Below are positions 48,790-57,852 of a stretch of 64,000 nucleotides of DNA, piece after piece (positions within the stretch are counted from its first letter, which is position 1; every line of letters begins with the position of its first letter). The stretch comes from an uncultured Gammaproteobacteria bacterium (lineage in GTDB: Bacteria; Patescibacteriota; Patescibacteriia; VMEV01; CAYQCH01). The DNA is taken from positions 109,804 through 173,803 of the forward strand of contig CAZDCG010000001.1 in assembly GCA_964503955.1 (NCBI GenBank), written 5' to 3'. The notes under the pieces were generated by a model. The model searched no databases. It saw only the letters and a program-made list of their open reading frames with translations, and was not told where the DNA came from. The translations under genes and the position numbers were made by a program.

Positions 48790-49335
48790 ATGGCTAAACA
48801 AACAGCAAATTACGGCCGAAGATGGTATGTGCTCCACACCTATTCAGGCTATGAAGAAAACGTTGAACGCAATCTGCGCCAGCGTATTGATTCCATGGAC
48901 ATGCAGGATAAGATCTTTGACATCATGATTCCAAAGGAAAAGAAGATCAAAATCAAGAACGGAAAACGCAAAGTCGTGGAAGAAAAAATCTTTCCCGGAT
49001 ATGTGCTCGTGAACATGATCGTAAACGATGATTCCTGGTATGTGGTGCGCAATACGCCGAATGTGACGGGATTCGTCGGCACAGGAACAACGCCGACTCC
49101 GATTTCTGAAGAGGAAGTAAAAACACTGCAGAAGAAAATGGGCATTGAAGAGCCGAAATACGAAATCGACGTTTCTGTTGGAACTCCCGTTAAAATTGTT
49201 GACGGTCCGTTCAAGAACTTTGAAGGCAAGATCTCTGAAGTGGACGCGGAACGAGGCAAGGTCAAAGTGCTTGTATCTATGTTCGGCCGCGAAACTCCGG
49301 TGGAACTCGACTTCTTGCAGGTGAAAAAGATCTAG
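48790..49335 (+). CDS. nusG: NusG
   Basis: [30 protein letters not shown]. Confidence 0.97.
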   Translation: MAKQTANYGRRWYVLHTYSGYEENVERNLRQRIDSMDMQDKIFDIMIPKEKKIKIKNGKRKVVEEKIFPGYVLVNMIVNDDSWYVVRNTPNVTGFVGTGTTPTPISEEEVKTLQKKMGIEEPKYEIDVSVGTPVKIVDGPFKNFEGKISEVDAERGKVKVLVSMFGRETPVELDFLQVKKI

Positions 49336-49401
49336 ACCCTTAAAGACGGGTCTTCGGGTATGCCTCTTTCAGGCAGCTTCTTACTCGAATCCCCCATCTT
49401 T

Positions 49402-49501
49402 AAAAGACGCTGCCAAATGTGCCAAACGAGCCAAACGTTTCCAAATTTTCTCTAAGAATCTGGTAACGTTTGGGAACGTCTGGTGACGTTTGGTACGTTT
49501 A
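49402..49501. repeat. Family C palindromic element before rplK
   Basis: CCAAAT/CCAAAC array, then the GTTTGG array ending TTGGTACGTTTATCCCCT-ATG. Confidence 0.85.
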
Positions 49502-49507
49502 TCCCCT

Positions 49508-49933
49508 ATGGCAAAACCACTCAAAACCATCATCAAATTGCAAATCATGGGCGGAGCGGCTAACCCGGCTCCTCCAGTAGGTCCTGCGCTTGGTCAGCAT
49601 GGACTCAACATCGCTGAATTTTGTCAGAAATTCAACGAAGCAACGCAAGACAAGCGCGGACAGGTCGTTCCTGTTGAAATCTCGGTTTATGAAGACCGAA
49701 CCTATGATTTCAAGATGAAAACACCTCCGGCGGCCGAACTGCTCAAGCAGGCTGCCAAGGCGAAGAAGGGCTCTGGAAAACCAAATACCGATAAGATCGG
49801 AACCGTTACCAAAGCTCAGATTCGTGAAATCGCCGAAATCAAAATGCCCGATCTGAACACGCATAATGTGGAATCAGCGATGCGGACCATTGAAGGTACC
49901 GCTCGCCAGATGGGTATCATTGTTACTGAATAA
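49508..49933 (+). CDS. rplK: 50S ribosomal protein L11
   Basis: [22 protein letters not shown]. Confidence 0.97.
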   Translation: MAKPLKTIIKLQIMGGAANPAPPVGPALGQHGLNIAEFCQKFNEATQDKRGQVVPVEISVYEDRTYDFKMKTPPAAELLKQAAKAKKGSGKPNTDKIGTVTKAQIREIAEIKMPDLNTHNVESAMRTIEGTARQMGIIVTE

Positions 49934-49946
49934 CAACCTTAATTCC

Positions 49947-49978
49947 GTGGGACCCGCCTCTAGCGGGGTTTGAACCAC
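49947..49978 (+). promoter_or_regulatory. Putative L1 autoregulatory RNA site
   Basis: GTGGGA-stem-AACCAC hairpin immediately before rplA. Confidence 0.55.
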
Positions 49979-49985
49979 AAAATCT

Positions 49986-50663
49986 ATGTCTCGATCAAAA
50001 CGTTACCAGGCAGTTGCCGAGAAAGTCGATCCGTCAAAAACCTATACCATCGATGAAGCTGTAGCTTTGTTGAAAGAAACCGTGAAGACAAAATTTGATC
50101 CGTCTGTTGAGCTGCATGCCCGCTTAGGCATCGATGTTTCCAAAAGCGATCAGCAGGTCCGCAGCACCATTGACCTTCCTCACGGAAGCGGCAAGCAGGT
50201 CCGCATCGCGGTATTTGCCGAAGAGGAAAAGCAGGCCGATGCCGCAGCTGCCGATGTGGTTGGCGGCGAAGACTTGATCGAAAAAATCCAGAAATCAGGA
50301 AAAATTGACTTTGATGTGGCGGTTGCCACGCCAGGCATGATGAAGCATATGGCGAAAGTCGCAAAAGTGCTTGGACCAAAGGGATTGATGCCTTCTCCAA
50401 AGAATGAAACTGTTACGCCAAACGTCAAAGAAGCTATTGAAGCTCTGAAGAAAGGAAAAATCGCTTTCAAGAACGACGCTACAGGCAATGTGCATGTGAT
50501 TGTCGGCAAGGCCAGCTTCGCTGAGCAGCAGCTCAAAGAAAATCTGGTTGAAGCAATTGACGCAATCAGAAAAGCAAAGCCGTCTTCTAGCAAAGGAACC
50601 TACCTCAAGACACTCTCCGTGAATGTTACCATGGGGCCGGGTATCCGCATTACCACCGCGTAA
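49986..50663 (+). CDS. rplA: 50S ribosomal protein L1
   Basis: KFDPSVE, LPHGSGK, LGPKGLMPSPK, TMGPG. Confidence 0.97.
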   Translation: MSRSKRYQAVAEKVDPSKTYTIDEAVALLKETVKTKFDPSVELHARLGIDVSKSDQQVRSTIDLPHGSGKQVRIAVFAEEEKQADAAAADVVGGEDLIEKIQKSGKIDFDVAVATPGMMKHMAKVAKVLGPKGLMPSPKNETVTPNVKEAIEALKKGKIAFKNDATGNVHVIVGKASFAEQQLKENLVEAIDAIRKAKPSSSKGTYLKTLSVNVTMGPGIRITTA

Positions 50664-50674
50664 ATAAGGCAAGC

Positions 50675-50699
50675 AAGAGGGCCCCGCAGGGGCTCTTTT
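50675..50699 (+). terminator. rplA terminator
   Basis: GCCCC-GCA-GGGGC followed by TCTTTT. Confidence 0.65.
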
Positions 50700-50739
50700 G
50701 ATTTATAGGCAGTAGCCTTGGAAAAATGGTATAATATTT

Positions 50740-50830
50740 TAAACGTTGCCAAATCCGCCAAACGGGCCAAATGTTCCCAGACTTTCTTTCAAAGATGCTT
50801 GGTAACGTTTGAGAACGCTTGGTACGTTTA
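50740..50830. repeat. Family C palindromic element before the YidC-like gene
   Basis: CCAAA array, then the inverted array ending TTGGTACGTTTATCTCT-ATG. Confidence 0.85.
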
Positions 50831-50835
50831 TCTCT

Positions 50836-51606
50836 ATGGCTTTTCTCTGGCATGAAATCTTCTTCAGGCCGCTATTGAACGTCCTTATCGGTCTTTACAA
50901 TACAGTCGGGTTTGAAAACCTTGGAATTGCCATCATTGTCTTAACCATTCTTGTCCGCCTCCTGCTTTTGCCTTTCTCTCTCAAAGATTCCGCGGCCAAG
51001 AGAAAACGGGAATTGCTGGAAAAGGAGCTTGCAGAAGTAGCCAGGCATTATGCCAATACGCCAAGCATTCTGCGTGAGGAACAGAAACGGCTTTTCAAGG
51101 AATATCGTTTCCGGCGCTGGCCAAGAATCGTTAGTTTAGCCTCCCAGGGTTTTGTGCTCTTGATCCTCTATCAGGTTTTTATCGGAGGAATCAAGCTCAG
51201 CGCGATTGTCGACGAGCTGTACGCATTCGTGCAGGTTCCCCGCACAATAGATACGATGCTGCTTGGAATCGACATTGCAAAACCAAGCTTCTCCCTCACG
51301 CTGGTGACGGTTCTGGTTCTATTCGCCAGCATTGTCTATGAACATGGCGGCATCCGGACCCGATGGACGGCACGGGATCTGCTCTATGCAGTAGGCTTGC
51401 CGGCTGGAACCTATCTTTTTCTCATCATGCTGCCGGCCGTAAAAGCCTTATTCGTCCTTTCTTCGTTGATCTTTAGTATTTTGCTTCGAGCCCTTACAGA
51501 TTTCTTTGCAGGAATTGCTGAACAGGACCGCCTTATGGCTGAAAAGGCCGCAGCAAAAGCCAAACTGAAGCCTTCGCTCCCTCATCCTAAAGAACGTTTT
51601 AAGTAA
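50836..51606 (+). CDS. YidC/Oxa1-family insertase-like protein (divergent)
   Basis: LGIAIIVLTILVRLLLLP followed by a coiled-coil hairpin and TM helices. Confidence 0.75.
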   Translation: MAFLWHEIFFRPLLNVLIGLYNTVGFENLGIAIIVLTILVRLLLLPFSLKDSAAKRKRELLEKELAEVARHYANTPSILREEQKRLFKEYRFRRWPRIVSLASQGFVLLILYQVFIGGIKLSAIVDELYAFVQVPRTIDTMLLGIDIAKPSFSLTLVTVLVLFASIVYEHGGIRTRWTARDLLYAVGLPAGTYLFLIMLPAVKALFVLSSLIFSILLRALTDFFAGIAEQDRLMAEKAAAKAKLKPSLPHPKERFK

Positions 51607-51607
51607 T

Positions 51608-52180
51608 ATGAAAGACGATAATTCATTAGACAAACTGGTCTACTCATTCGTCGTAGAAGATGTTTTGGGCGGATTTTTCATCTCTGTTCCGCCCGGACAT
51701 GTCGCTTGCGTCTACGACCGCGGCAAAGGCGTTCTACGCAAGGTGTATACGCCTGGTCTCCACCTTAAACTTCCCTTTTGGCAGAAAGCCAAACTGTTCA
51801 ATACACAGACGCTTGAATATTCCATCCACCATGAGTTTGACCTGAAACATGCCAGAGCGCTTGGTGACCAGCCAATCCGCACGGTCACGTCAGACCGCCG
51901 CGAAGTGGAAATTGAAGGAACAATTTTGCTGCGGCTGGACGCGAAACTGCTGCCGTCTATTTGGCAGAATATCGGCGAGGATTTTGTCCCGAAAGTGATC
52001 CGCCCGTCCATCCGCAGCCGATTACGCCAGGTTTCTTCCCGTTATAGCGCGGACGAAATTATTTCCACCAAGCGCGACCAGGTCGAGAACGATATGGTAG
52101 AAGCGCTCAAAGAAGTTCTCTACCCGCGCGGGATCTATATCGAAAATGTTTTGCTTGGACAGATCCGGCAAGTCAGCTAA
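51608..52180 (+). CDS. SPFH/prohibitin-domain protein
   Basis: VPPGHV, PGLHLKLPF, RPSIRS, GIYIENVLL. Confidence 0.88.
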   Translation: MKDDNSLDKLVYSFVVEDVLGGFFISVPPGHVACVYDRGKGVLRKVYTPGLHLKLPFWQKAKLFNTQTLEYSIHHEFDLKHARALGDQPIRTVTSDRREVEIEGTILLRLDAKLLPSIWQNIGEDFVPKVIRPSIRSRLRQVSSRYSADEIISTKRDQVENDMVEALKEVLYPRGIYIENVLLGQIRQVS

Positions 52181-52698
52181 AGCTCGGAATCTGAGACAGA
52201 TTGAGCGATGAATGACGGTTCCCCTTCCGCCTGAGGCAGAGGGGGAATTTGTTTTCGCTCGAAAATAGGTTCGTAACCGGCAGAAGGCGATTCCTGATCG
52301 ATTGTCTGCGTATGCGTACTGAGCCGTCTTTCCCGTAGCAGCTGAGTCATTTCAAGGCCGAAGACAACGGCGAAAAGCCCCAAGAGGATCCACCACCGCA
52401 ATAAACGCTGCCCCTGCAGAAAAAGCGTGATCAGGAAAAAAATCGACATGGCCACGGATTGCCGGACGGCAAGCGTGACCAGACGGTAGAGAGCCTGTTC
52501 ATGAACCCATTTTCTGCGCAGAAAAATCCCGATCAGCGAAAAGGTTCCAAGCAGCGCCAGAAACAAAGTGAAATAGAAGAGCACATGGCCAATCCAGTTT
52601 GTTTGAAGCGGATTGATGGCATAGACCGTCCAGAAAAATCCCGCCCAAAGCAGCAGGGTCATGCATGCCATGACAAACATGAATTGGCGAAATGTCAT
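52177..52698 (-). CDS. Membrane hypothetical protein
   Basis: Four TM segments. Confidence 0.75.
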   Translation of the reverse strand: MTFRQFMFVMACMTLLLWAGFFWTVYAINPLQTNWIGHVLFYFTLFLALLGTFSLIGIFLRRKWVHEQALYRLVTLAVRQSVAMSIFFLITLFLQGQRLLRWWILLGLFAVVFGLEMTQLLRERRLSTHTQTIDQESPSAGYEPIFERKQIPPLPQAEGEPSFIAQSVSDSEL

Positions 52699-52701
52699 AG
52701 A

Positions 52702-53001
52702 CTAAATGATAATCTGAATCTGCTTAATCTGGTTTTTTCCAGCCTGTTGATTGACCGCGTCTTTTATTTCCTCCGCGTGCATACTGATAGCATGGCGCAA
52801 GGAGGCATCCACCGAGGCAATCTGCAGCCGGCCGAATTTCACCGCGACCGCCCGCGCATGATGGCGCACCATGTCGGCACCAAATAGTTCTTCGAGTTTC
52901 TTATTGGCCGTTTCAAGCATTAAGGCAGCTTGAACCGGCTGGGAAAGTCCGGCCTGCTGCAAATGCCGTGGAAGAAGGTTTCCAAGCTTCTTGAATGCCA
53001 T
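52702..53001 (-). CDS. DUF721/DciA-like protein
   Basis: AFKKLGNLL start; GRLQIASVDASLRHAI pattern; size fits. Confidence 0.7.
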   Translation of the reverse strand: MAFKKLGNLLPRHLQQAGLSQPVQAALMLETANKKLEELFGADMVRHHARAVAVKFGRLQIASVDASLRHAISMHAEEIKDAVNQQAGKNQIKQIQIII

Positions 53002-53015
53002 AGATAGGTATTATA

Positions 53016-56015
53016 TCAAACAAGACTGTACGGACAGATGCTTCTAAAATCGCAGTTTTGACAGGCCTTCTTGTCTTTGCTTGTTTCTTCAAAGGTGCTT
53101 TGCGTCAATTCGTCCAATGTTTCGATGATATCGTTCTTTAACTTTTCTTTCTGCTTGTCCGTTGCGATGAATGACTTGCCTTCATTTTCTTTCAGATAGT
53201 AGTACGTCAGCTCTTCAACCTCTTTGCCAAGCACTTCTTCGGCAGCAATTTGATACAGTGTGAGCTGATGTTTATCTAATGATCGATCGTTTTTGGGCAT
53301 TTTACCCGTTTTATAATCAACCAGTTTCAAGCCTGAACGCCCCTGATCCACGCGGTCGATGGAGCCCCGTAATTTGTATTTGCCGATTTGAATCGTAAAT
53401 GCCTGCTCGGTGGCAATAACATTCGGCCATTCATGTTCATGACGGTCGTAGAAAGCAGACAAAGCCTCCTTCCCTTTTTCATAATTTTCCTTTTTCTCTT
53501 TCTCATTGGCATACCATTCATCAATCCAATGTTCTTCATAGAGAGCAAGGAGATCTTCTTTTGAAGGAGCTTTGGGATTTCCCTGCGCCATGATTTTGAA
53601 AAATTCCTCAAGCGCCTTATGCATGGATTTGCCAAAGCTTGCGGCATGCGTGCTGCGCACGGGAATTTTGAGAATATAATTGTAACGGTACTGCCAGGGA
53701 CAGGTTTCAAAGGCTTTGAGCTGGGAATAACTGAAGATTTTTGGCAAATATGGACGATAATCCATGGAGCGGGCGCGCAGCCGCTCAGGATTTTTTACCT
53801 GCATGGCAAGGAATGGCGCGGCCGCTTTGGTTTGTTTTGGCTCGGTTTGTTCAAAGCCAAGCTCAAAGAGAAAGCGTGATAATTTTTTCTTCCTCGCTCC
53901 GCCATAATCCTGCGCCGAGGTAAGAAAGAGTCCTTCTTTAGCACGGGTTAACGCCACATAGAATAAACGGCGCTCTTCTTCCAAATGCGGATTATCGCCA
54001 GGTGTCACCTCATTGACAAATGCTTCCGGCAAAGGGATGGCATCTTTGCGCTCGCTGGTTGGAAAGCGTCGATCCACCAGGCTGACAACAAAGACATGCT
54101 TGAATTCCAAGCCTTTTGATCCATGGATCGTCATGACTTTGACCGTTTCAGGCCCGATTTCCACATCCGCCGGCAAAGCACCATTGTCCCCGGCCTGTTT
54201 GACAAGCTCAAGATACGCCAGAAATTCTCGCGTGGTTTTTACTTCCGCCTGGCGCTCGAATTCCTGCATATGGCGCCAAAATTGATTCAGCAATCCATAG
54301 GTTTCGCGCTGGGTTTGCGGATCAAGCGATTCATAGTAGGTTTTCAGACCATAGTCGTCGATAAAGGCCATCGCCACTTCGCTCACCCGCTTGTCGCGTG
54401 CAAAATGCGCGTGCTTTTCCAGATGATCAAGAATGATGCGGCAAATACTCTGCCCCGCTTCACTGACATTGATTTCTGAAGCATGTTTAACGGCTTCTCT
54501 CAAAGAAACCGCGTTCTTCTTTGCATAATGCAGCAAGGCCATGAGATCCTCATTGGAGAGATTGGTCGTGGGAAGAATAAGAATGCGGTACAGCGCGGTG
54601 CTTTCGGCATAGTCGTCGAGCAGCCGCAAATACGAAAGAATATCAAGCACCGCGGGCGTGGAGAATAATCCCTGCGATGCAAGAAATTGAAACGGGATCT
54701 CCGCCATCGTAAGCTGCTGAATGAACGGTTCGGCCGAGCTATGGGCGCGCACAAGAATCGCAAAATCTCCCCAGGTAAGCTCTGGGTCTTCCTGTTTGAG
54801 GGCAAGCATCTTTTCAACTACCCCGGCAGCTTCATCGTCTAAACGTTCGTAATGAAGATGCTCAATGATTCCTTTCTTTTGCGATGAGGCGATCAATTCC
54901 TTTTTGATCGGCGCAAAACCCGCTAAATCAAGCTGCTTCTTTTCCGCTTTGTCGGTAAGCTCCTTATCTACAGAGAGCTGAAATTCCAGGCGGTGCGGAT
55001 TATTATGCTGAATAAACGCGTATGCCAGGTCAAGAATATTCTGTGAAGAGCGGTAATTGTGTGTAAGGACAACCTGCTGCGCTTCAGGAAAATCGCTTTT
55101 AAAACCGAGAATATTGCTTAATGAAGCGCCGCGGAATTTATAAATGCTCTGATCATCATCCCCCACGACATTGATATTTTTCTGATCGGAAGCAAGGAGC
55201 TTAATCAGATCATACTGCGCCCAATTGGTGTCTTGGAATTCATCCACCAGAATAAATTTGAATTGATGGCGGTACTTTTCAAGAATGAGTGCGCGTTCCT
55301 GAAAGAGGCGGCGTAACGAAAGAATCAAATCGCCGAAATCAAGCGCATCCTGTTCATGCAGCAGCTGCTGATAGACAGCGTATGCATGCGCTACTTCCTT
55401 GATTTTTTCCATCTCCTCTCTCCATAGCTGCGCTAATTTTTCATCTTCATATTTGCGGCCGGCCAGTCTTGAAGCGAATTCCTTAAAGGCTTCACTCTCC
55501 GGGTCATCTGCCAATGCATCCGCATAAGAAAGATATTGCTGAGGCGTGACCCCTTCGTCTTTTGCCCGGGAAAAATGCGTTAAGAGCTCTGAAAGGAATT
55601 TTGTCGGTTTGCCCAGAGGACGGTAATAATCCAGAGCAAATCGGTCCAGATTCGTTTTCATGAGCATCCACTGATTGGTTTGATCAAGCACGCGAAAATC
55701 CGGGGAGATGCCAATCGCGATTCCTTCCTGGCGGAGAATGCGCTCGGCAAAGGCGTGAAAAGTCATGACCCAGAGATTAACGTATCCAAACGGGAGAAGA
55801 TGATCAATACGCTCTTCCATCTCCCCGGCGGCTTTATCCGTGAAGGTGAGGCAAAGAATCTCTTCGGGTTTGGCAAGCCCCTGATCAATCAGCCAGCCGA
55901 CGCGATGCGTGAGCACCGTCGTTTTTCCCGTACCGGCTCCCGCCACAATCAGCAAAGGCCCTTCCCCGTGGGTAACGGCTTGTTTTTGCTCTTCATTTAG
56001 TCGGGAGAGATCCAT
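53016..56015 (-). CDS. UvrD/PcrA-type helicase fused to a PD-(D/E)xK nuclease
   Basis: AGAGTGKT, VDEFQD, GDDDQSIY, EERRLFYVALTRA; GSIDRVD..VDYKTG; CP...C..C.....C Fe-S staple cysteines. Confidence 0.93.
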   Translation of the reverse strand: MDLSRLNEEQKQAVTHGEGPLLIVAGAGTGKTTVLTHRVGWLIDQGLAKPEEILCLTFTDKAAGEMEERIDHLLPFGYVNLWVMTFHAFAERILRQEGIAIGISPDFRVLDQTNQWMLMKTNLDRFALDYYRPLGKPTKFLSELLTHFSRAKDEGVTPQQYLSYADALADDPESEAFKEFASRLAGRKYEDEKLAQLWREEMEKIKEVAHAYAVYQQLLHEQDALDFGDLILSLRRLFQERALILEKYRHQFKFILVDEFQDTNWAQYDLIKLLASDQKNINVVGDDDQSIYKFRGASLSNILGFKSDFPEAQQVVLTHNYRSSQNILDLAYAFIQHNNPHRLEFQLSVDKELTDKAEKKQLDLAGFAPIKKELIASSQKKGIIEHLHYERLDDEAAGVVEKMLALKQEDPELTWGDFAILVRAHSSAEPFIQQLTMAEIPFQFLASQGLFSTPAVLDILSYLRLLDDYAESTALYRILILPTTNLSNEDLMALLHYAKKNAVSLREAVKHASEINVSEAGQSICRIILDHLEKHAHFARDKRVSEVAMAFIDDYGLKTYYESLDPQTQRETYGLLNQFWRHMQEFERQAEVKTTREFLAYLELVKQAGDNGALPADVEIGPETVKVMTIHGSKGLEFKHVFVVSLVDRRFPTSERKDAIPLPEAFVNEVTPGDNPHLEEERRLFYVALTRAKEGLFLTSAQDYGGARKKKLSRFLFELGFEQTEPKQTKAAAPFLAMQVKNPERLRARSMDYRPYLPKIFSYSQLKAFETCPWQYRYNYILKIPVRSTHAASFGKSMHKALEEFFKIMAQGNPKAPSKEDLLALYEEHWIDEWYANEKEKKENYEKGKEALSAFYDRHEHEWPNVIATEQAFTIQIGKYKLRGSIDRVDQGRSGLKLVDYKTGKMPKNDRSLDKHQLTLYQIAAEEVLGKEVEELTYYYLKENEGKSFIATDKQKEKLKNDIIETLDELTQSTFEETSKDKKACQNCDFRSICPYSLV

Positions 56016-56092
56016 AGTTCAGGTATCTTAACATATGAGACTCAAGCAGCAATGAGATACACTGCGGATGAAATGTGTACATAGGCGGACTC

Positions 56093-56121
56093 TGGACAAG
56101 TCTGAGCTTTTCTGCTATAGT
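56093..56121 (+). promoter_or_regulatory. sigma70 promoter of ncRNA candidate 1
   Basis: TGGACA-17-TATAGT with extended TG. Confidence 0.65.
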
Positions 56122-56127
56122 CGGTGC

Positions 56128-56330
56128 AAAGGTTTCACCGGGGCCGGCGGTCGTAAGGTCTCGCCTTCCCCCTGGGCCCCATACACCCAAGCCCCGGTGA
56201 AACTCTACATTTAGGGAGAGAAGCTCGGCGAGGCGGACCTCGACCGAAGCTGAATGGATAGGGGTTACCTATGCCCCGCGCCAATTGGATTACGGCATGG
56301 TTCGCGCTAACCGTGCTTCTCCCCCTTTCA
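56128..56330 (+). ncRNA. Putative structured RNA 1
   Basis: 13-bp perfect stem 56132-56144/56191-56203; second domain closed by 56214-56224/56315-56325 with internal hairpins. Confidence 0.55.
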
Positions 56331-56339
56331 AACTAGTTC

Positions 56340-56368
56340 TTGACAGTCCGGCATGGCTGGACTATAGT
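56340..56368 (+). promoter_or_regulatory. sigma70 promoter of ncRNA candidate 2
   Basis: TTGACA-17-TATAGT. Confidence 0.75.
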
Positions 56369-56374
56369 GCGACA

Positions 56375-56536
56375 GTCTACGAATGTCCATTCGGACAGAC
56401 GACTAACGAGGTGTGGCTCTACCGTTTTCCCCACTTTCCCCCTTTTCGGTACGTGACACACCAGGGGGCAGCACGCGATTCCCCGTTGCGAGCTGCCCCC
56501 ACTAAAAAAGCTCTCTTCAATCGAAGAGAGCTTTTT
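56375..56536 (+). ncRNA. Putative structured RNA 2
   Basis: Three hairpins, two with UUCCCC loops, then a terminator. Confidence 0.6.
56505..56536. terminator. Bidirectional terminator
   Basis: AAAAAGCTCTCTTC-AATC-GAAGAGAGCTTTTT. Confidence 0.85.
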
Positions 56537-56554
56537 GGTTTTTCAAGATACTGT

Positions 56555-57673
56555 TTATGCTTCAAGCTGCGGTTTGTCGATGAGTTCGGTTTCAATACTT
56601 CCTCCGATAGCGCCGTCCGTAATCTTGACCACGTCTTTGTCGATCTTCTTCAGCTCTTTAGAAGAAGCATTATAGGCATTGACCATGGTTGTCATATGAT
56701 TGCCTACCTTCTTGTGGTATTCCTCAAACACGGCCATATGCTTGCCAAGCTCTCCGACGCGCTTAATCACTTCTTTGACAGAAGCCTCCATCTTCAAGGC
56801 TTTTAATCCTTGTAAAACGGTTTGCAGATACGCGAAGAACGATGTTGGAGAAACGATGATCACCCGCTTCTTGAATGCGTATTCAATCAAGTCTTCTGAG
56901 CGGACGTCAGTGCTCCCTACTTTATAAATCAATAGATTGTAATAAATCCCTTCAGCAGGAATGAACATAAAGGCGAAGTCCGTCGTATCCTCGTTGGGGC
57001 GGATATATTTAGCTGTTTCATCAATACGGTTTTTCACGTCCATTTTAAACTCTTTGCTAAGCTTCTCCCGCTTGGCCGCGTCTTGTGCCTCCATCAGCTG
57101 ATTATACTTTTCAAGCGAGAATTTCGCGTCGATCGGAATAATTTTGTCATTCATGAAAATCGCCGCATCAACGATTTCACCGTTATCAAACTTGTACTGG
57201 ATTTTGTATTGGTTCGGTTGCAGAACATGCGACAAAAGCGTTTCCAGAAAATATTCTCCAAGGATTCCGCGCTGTTTTGGATTCTTCAGGATATTTTCCA
57301 GGCTCTGCAGCTGCTCGGAAAAGCCCAGAATCTGCTTATTGGTCCCTTCGACCTGGGTGAGCTTGCGGGTGATTTCTTCAATGATTTTGCCGGTATTCTC
57401 AAAATGCGCCTGGATATTTTGCGCCTGGGACTGATGGGACTTATGCAGAATGGCATTCATCTGATCAAGACGGGCCTGGATTTCCTGCCGATTCTGCGCG
57501 CCGCTTTGTGAAACTTCTTTGCGCAGCCCTTCAACCATCTCAAAGAGCATTTTTTGAACAGGGTCATCCGACGAATCAGCTGTCATGGATGACAATTTCT
57601 TAAACAGCAGAAAAACAACTCCCAGCAAAACGATGAGAAGCAAGAAGACAAGGATGAGAACGATATCGCTCAT
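56555..57673 (-). CDS. rmuC: DNA recombination protein RmuC
   Basis: KQRGILGE, IDAKF, FAFMFIPAEGIY, VSPTS. Confidence 0.93.
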   Translation of the reverse strand: MSDIVLILVFLLLIVLLGVVFLLFKKLSSMTADSSDDPVQKMLFEMVEGLRKEVSQSGAQNRQEIQARLDQMNAILHKSHQSQAQNIQAHFENTGKIIEEITRKLTQVEGTNKQILGFSEQLQSLENILKNPKQRGILGEYFLETLLSHVLQPNQYKIQYKFDNGEIVDAAIFMNDKIIPIDAKFSLEKYNQLMEAQDAAKREKLSKEFKMDVKNRIDETAKYIRPNEDTTDFAFMFIPAEGIYYNLLIYKVGSTDVRSEDLIEYAFKKRVIIVSPTSFFAYLQTVLQGLKALKMEASVKEVIKRVGELGKHMAVFEEYHKKVGNHMTTMVNAYNASSKELKKIDKDVVKITDGAIGGSIETELIDKPQLEA

Positions 57674-57676
57674 AAA

Positions 57677-57750
57677 GCTGTAAAGCTAAAAATCTTAAAA
57701 GCTGAAAACGGGACAGTTGGTTTTTTTCAGCTTTTGAGTTTTTTAGGTTT
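57677..57750. repeat. Short-period palindromic element, family F
   Basis: CTAAAAATCTTAAAAGCTGAAAA...TTTTCAGCTTTTGAGTTTTTTAG. Confidence 0.65.
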
Positions 57751-57757
57751 CCTACAA

Positions 57758-57811
57758 TTCGGTCACAGGCTGTGTCTGCGACCGGGCGGGGTCGGAGCCC
57801 CACGCCCGACA
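57758..57811 (-). repeat. REP-like doublet, copy 3 of 3
   Basis: Minus strand TGTCGGGCGTGGGGCTCCGACCCCGCCCGGTCGCAGACACAGCCTGTGACCGA. Confidence 0.8.
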
Positions 57812-57852
57812 GGTATCTGTTTAACTAAAACCTAAAAACTGCAACCTATAAC

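Noticed and set aside
49490-50835. N-terminal extensions of rplK and the YidC-like gene in the ORF track (likewise pgeF, murB and 46152)
   Set aside because: The extensions are translations of repeat arms; downstream ATGs fit the protein families
56128-56536. Identification as tmRNA, RNase P, SRP, 6S RNA or a hammerhead ribozyme
   Set aside because: Signature motifs (tRNA-like ends, GAGGAAAGUCC, the SRP helix 8 loop, a single long rod, an intact CUGANGA/GAAA core) are not recognisable by eye
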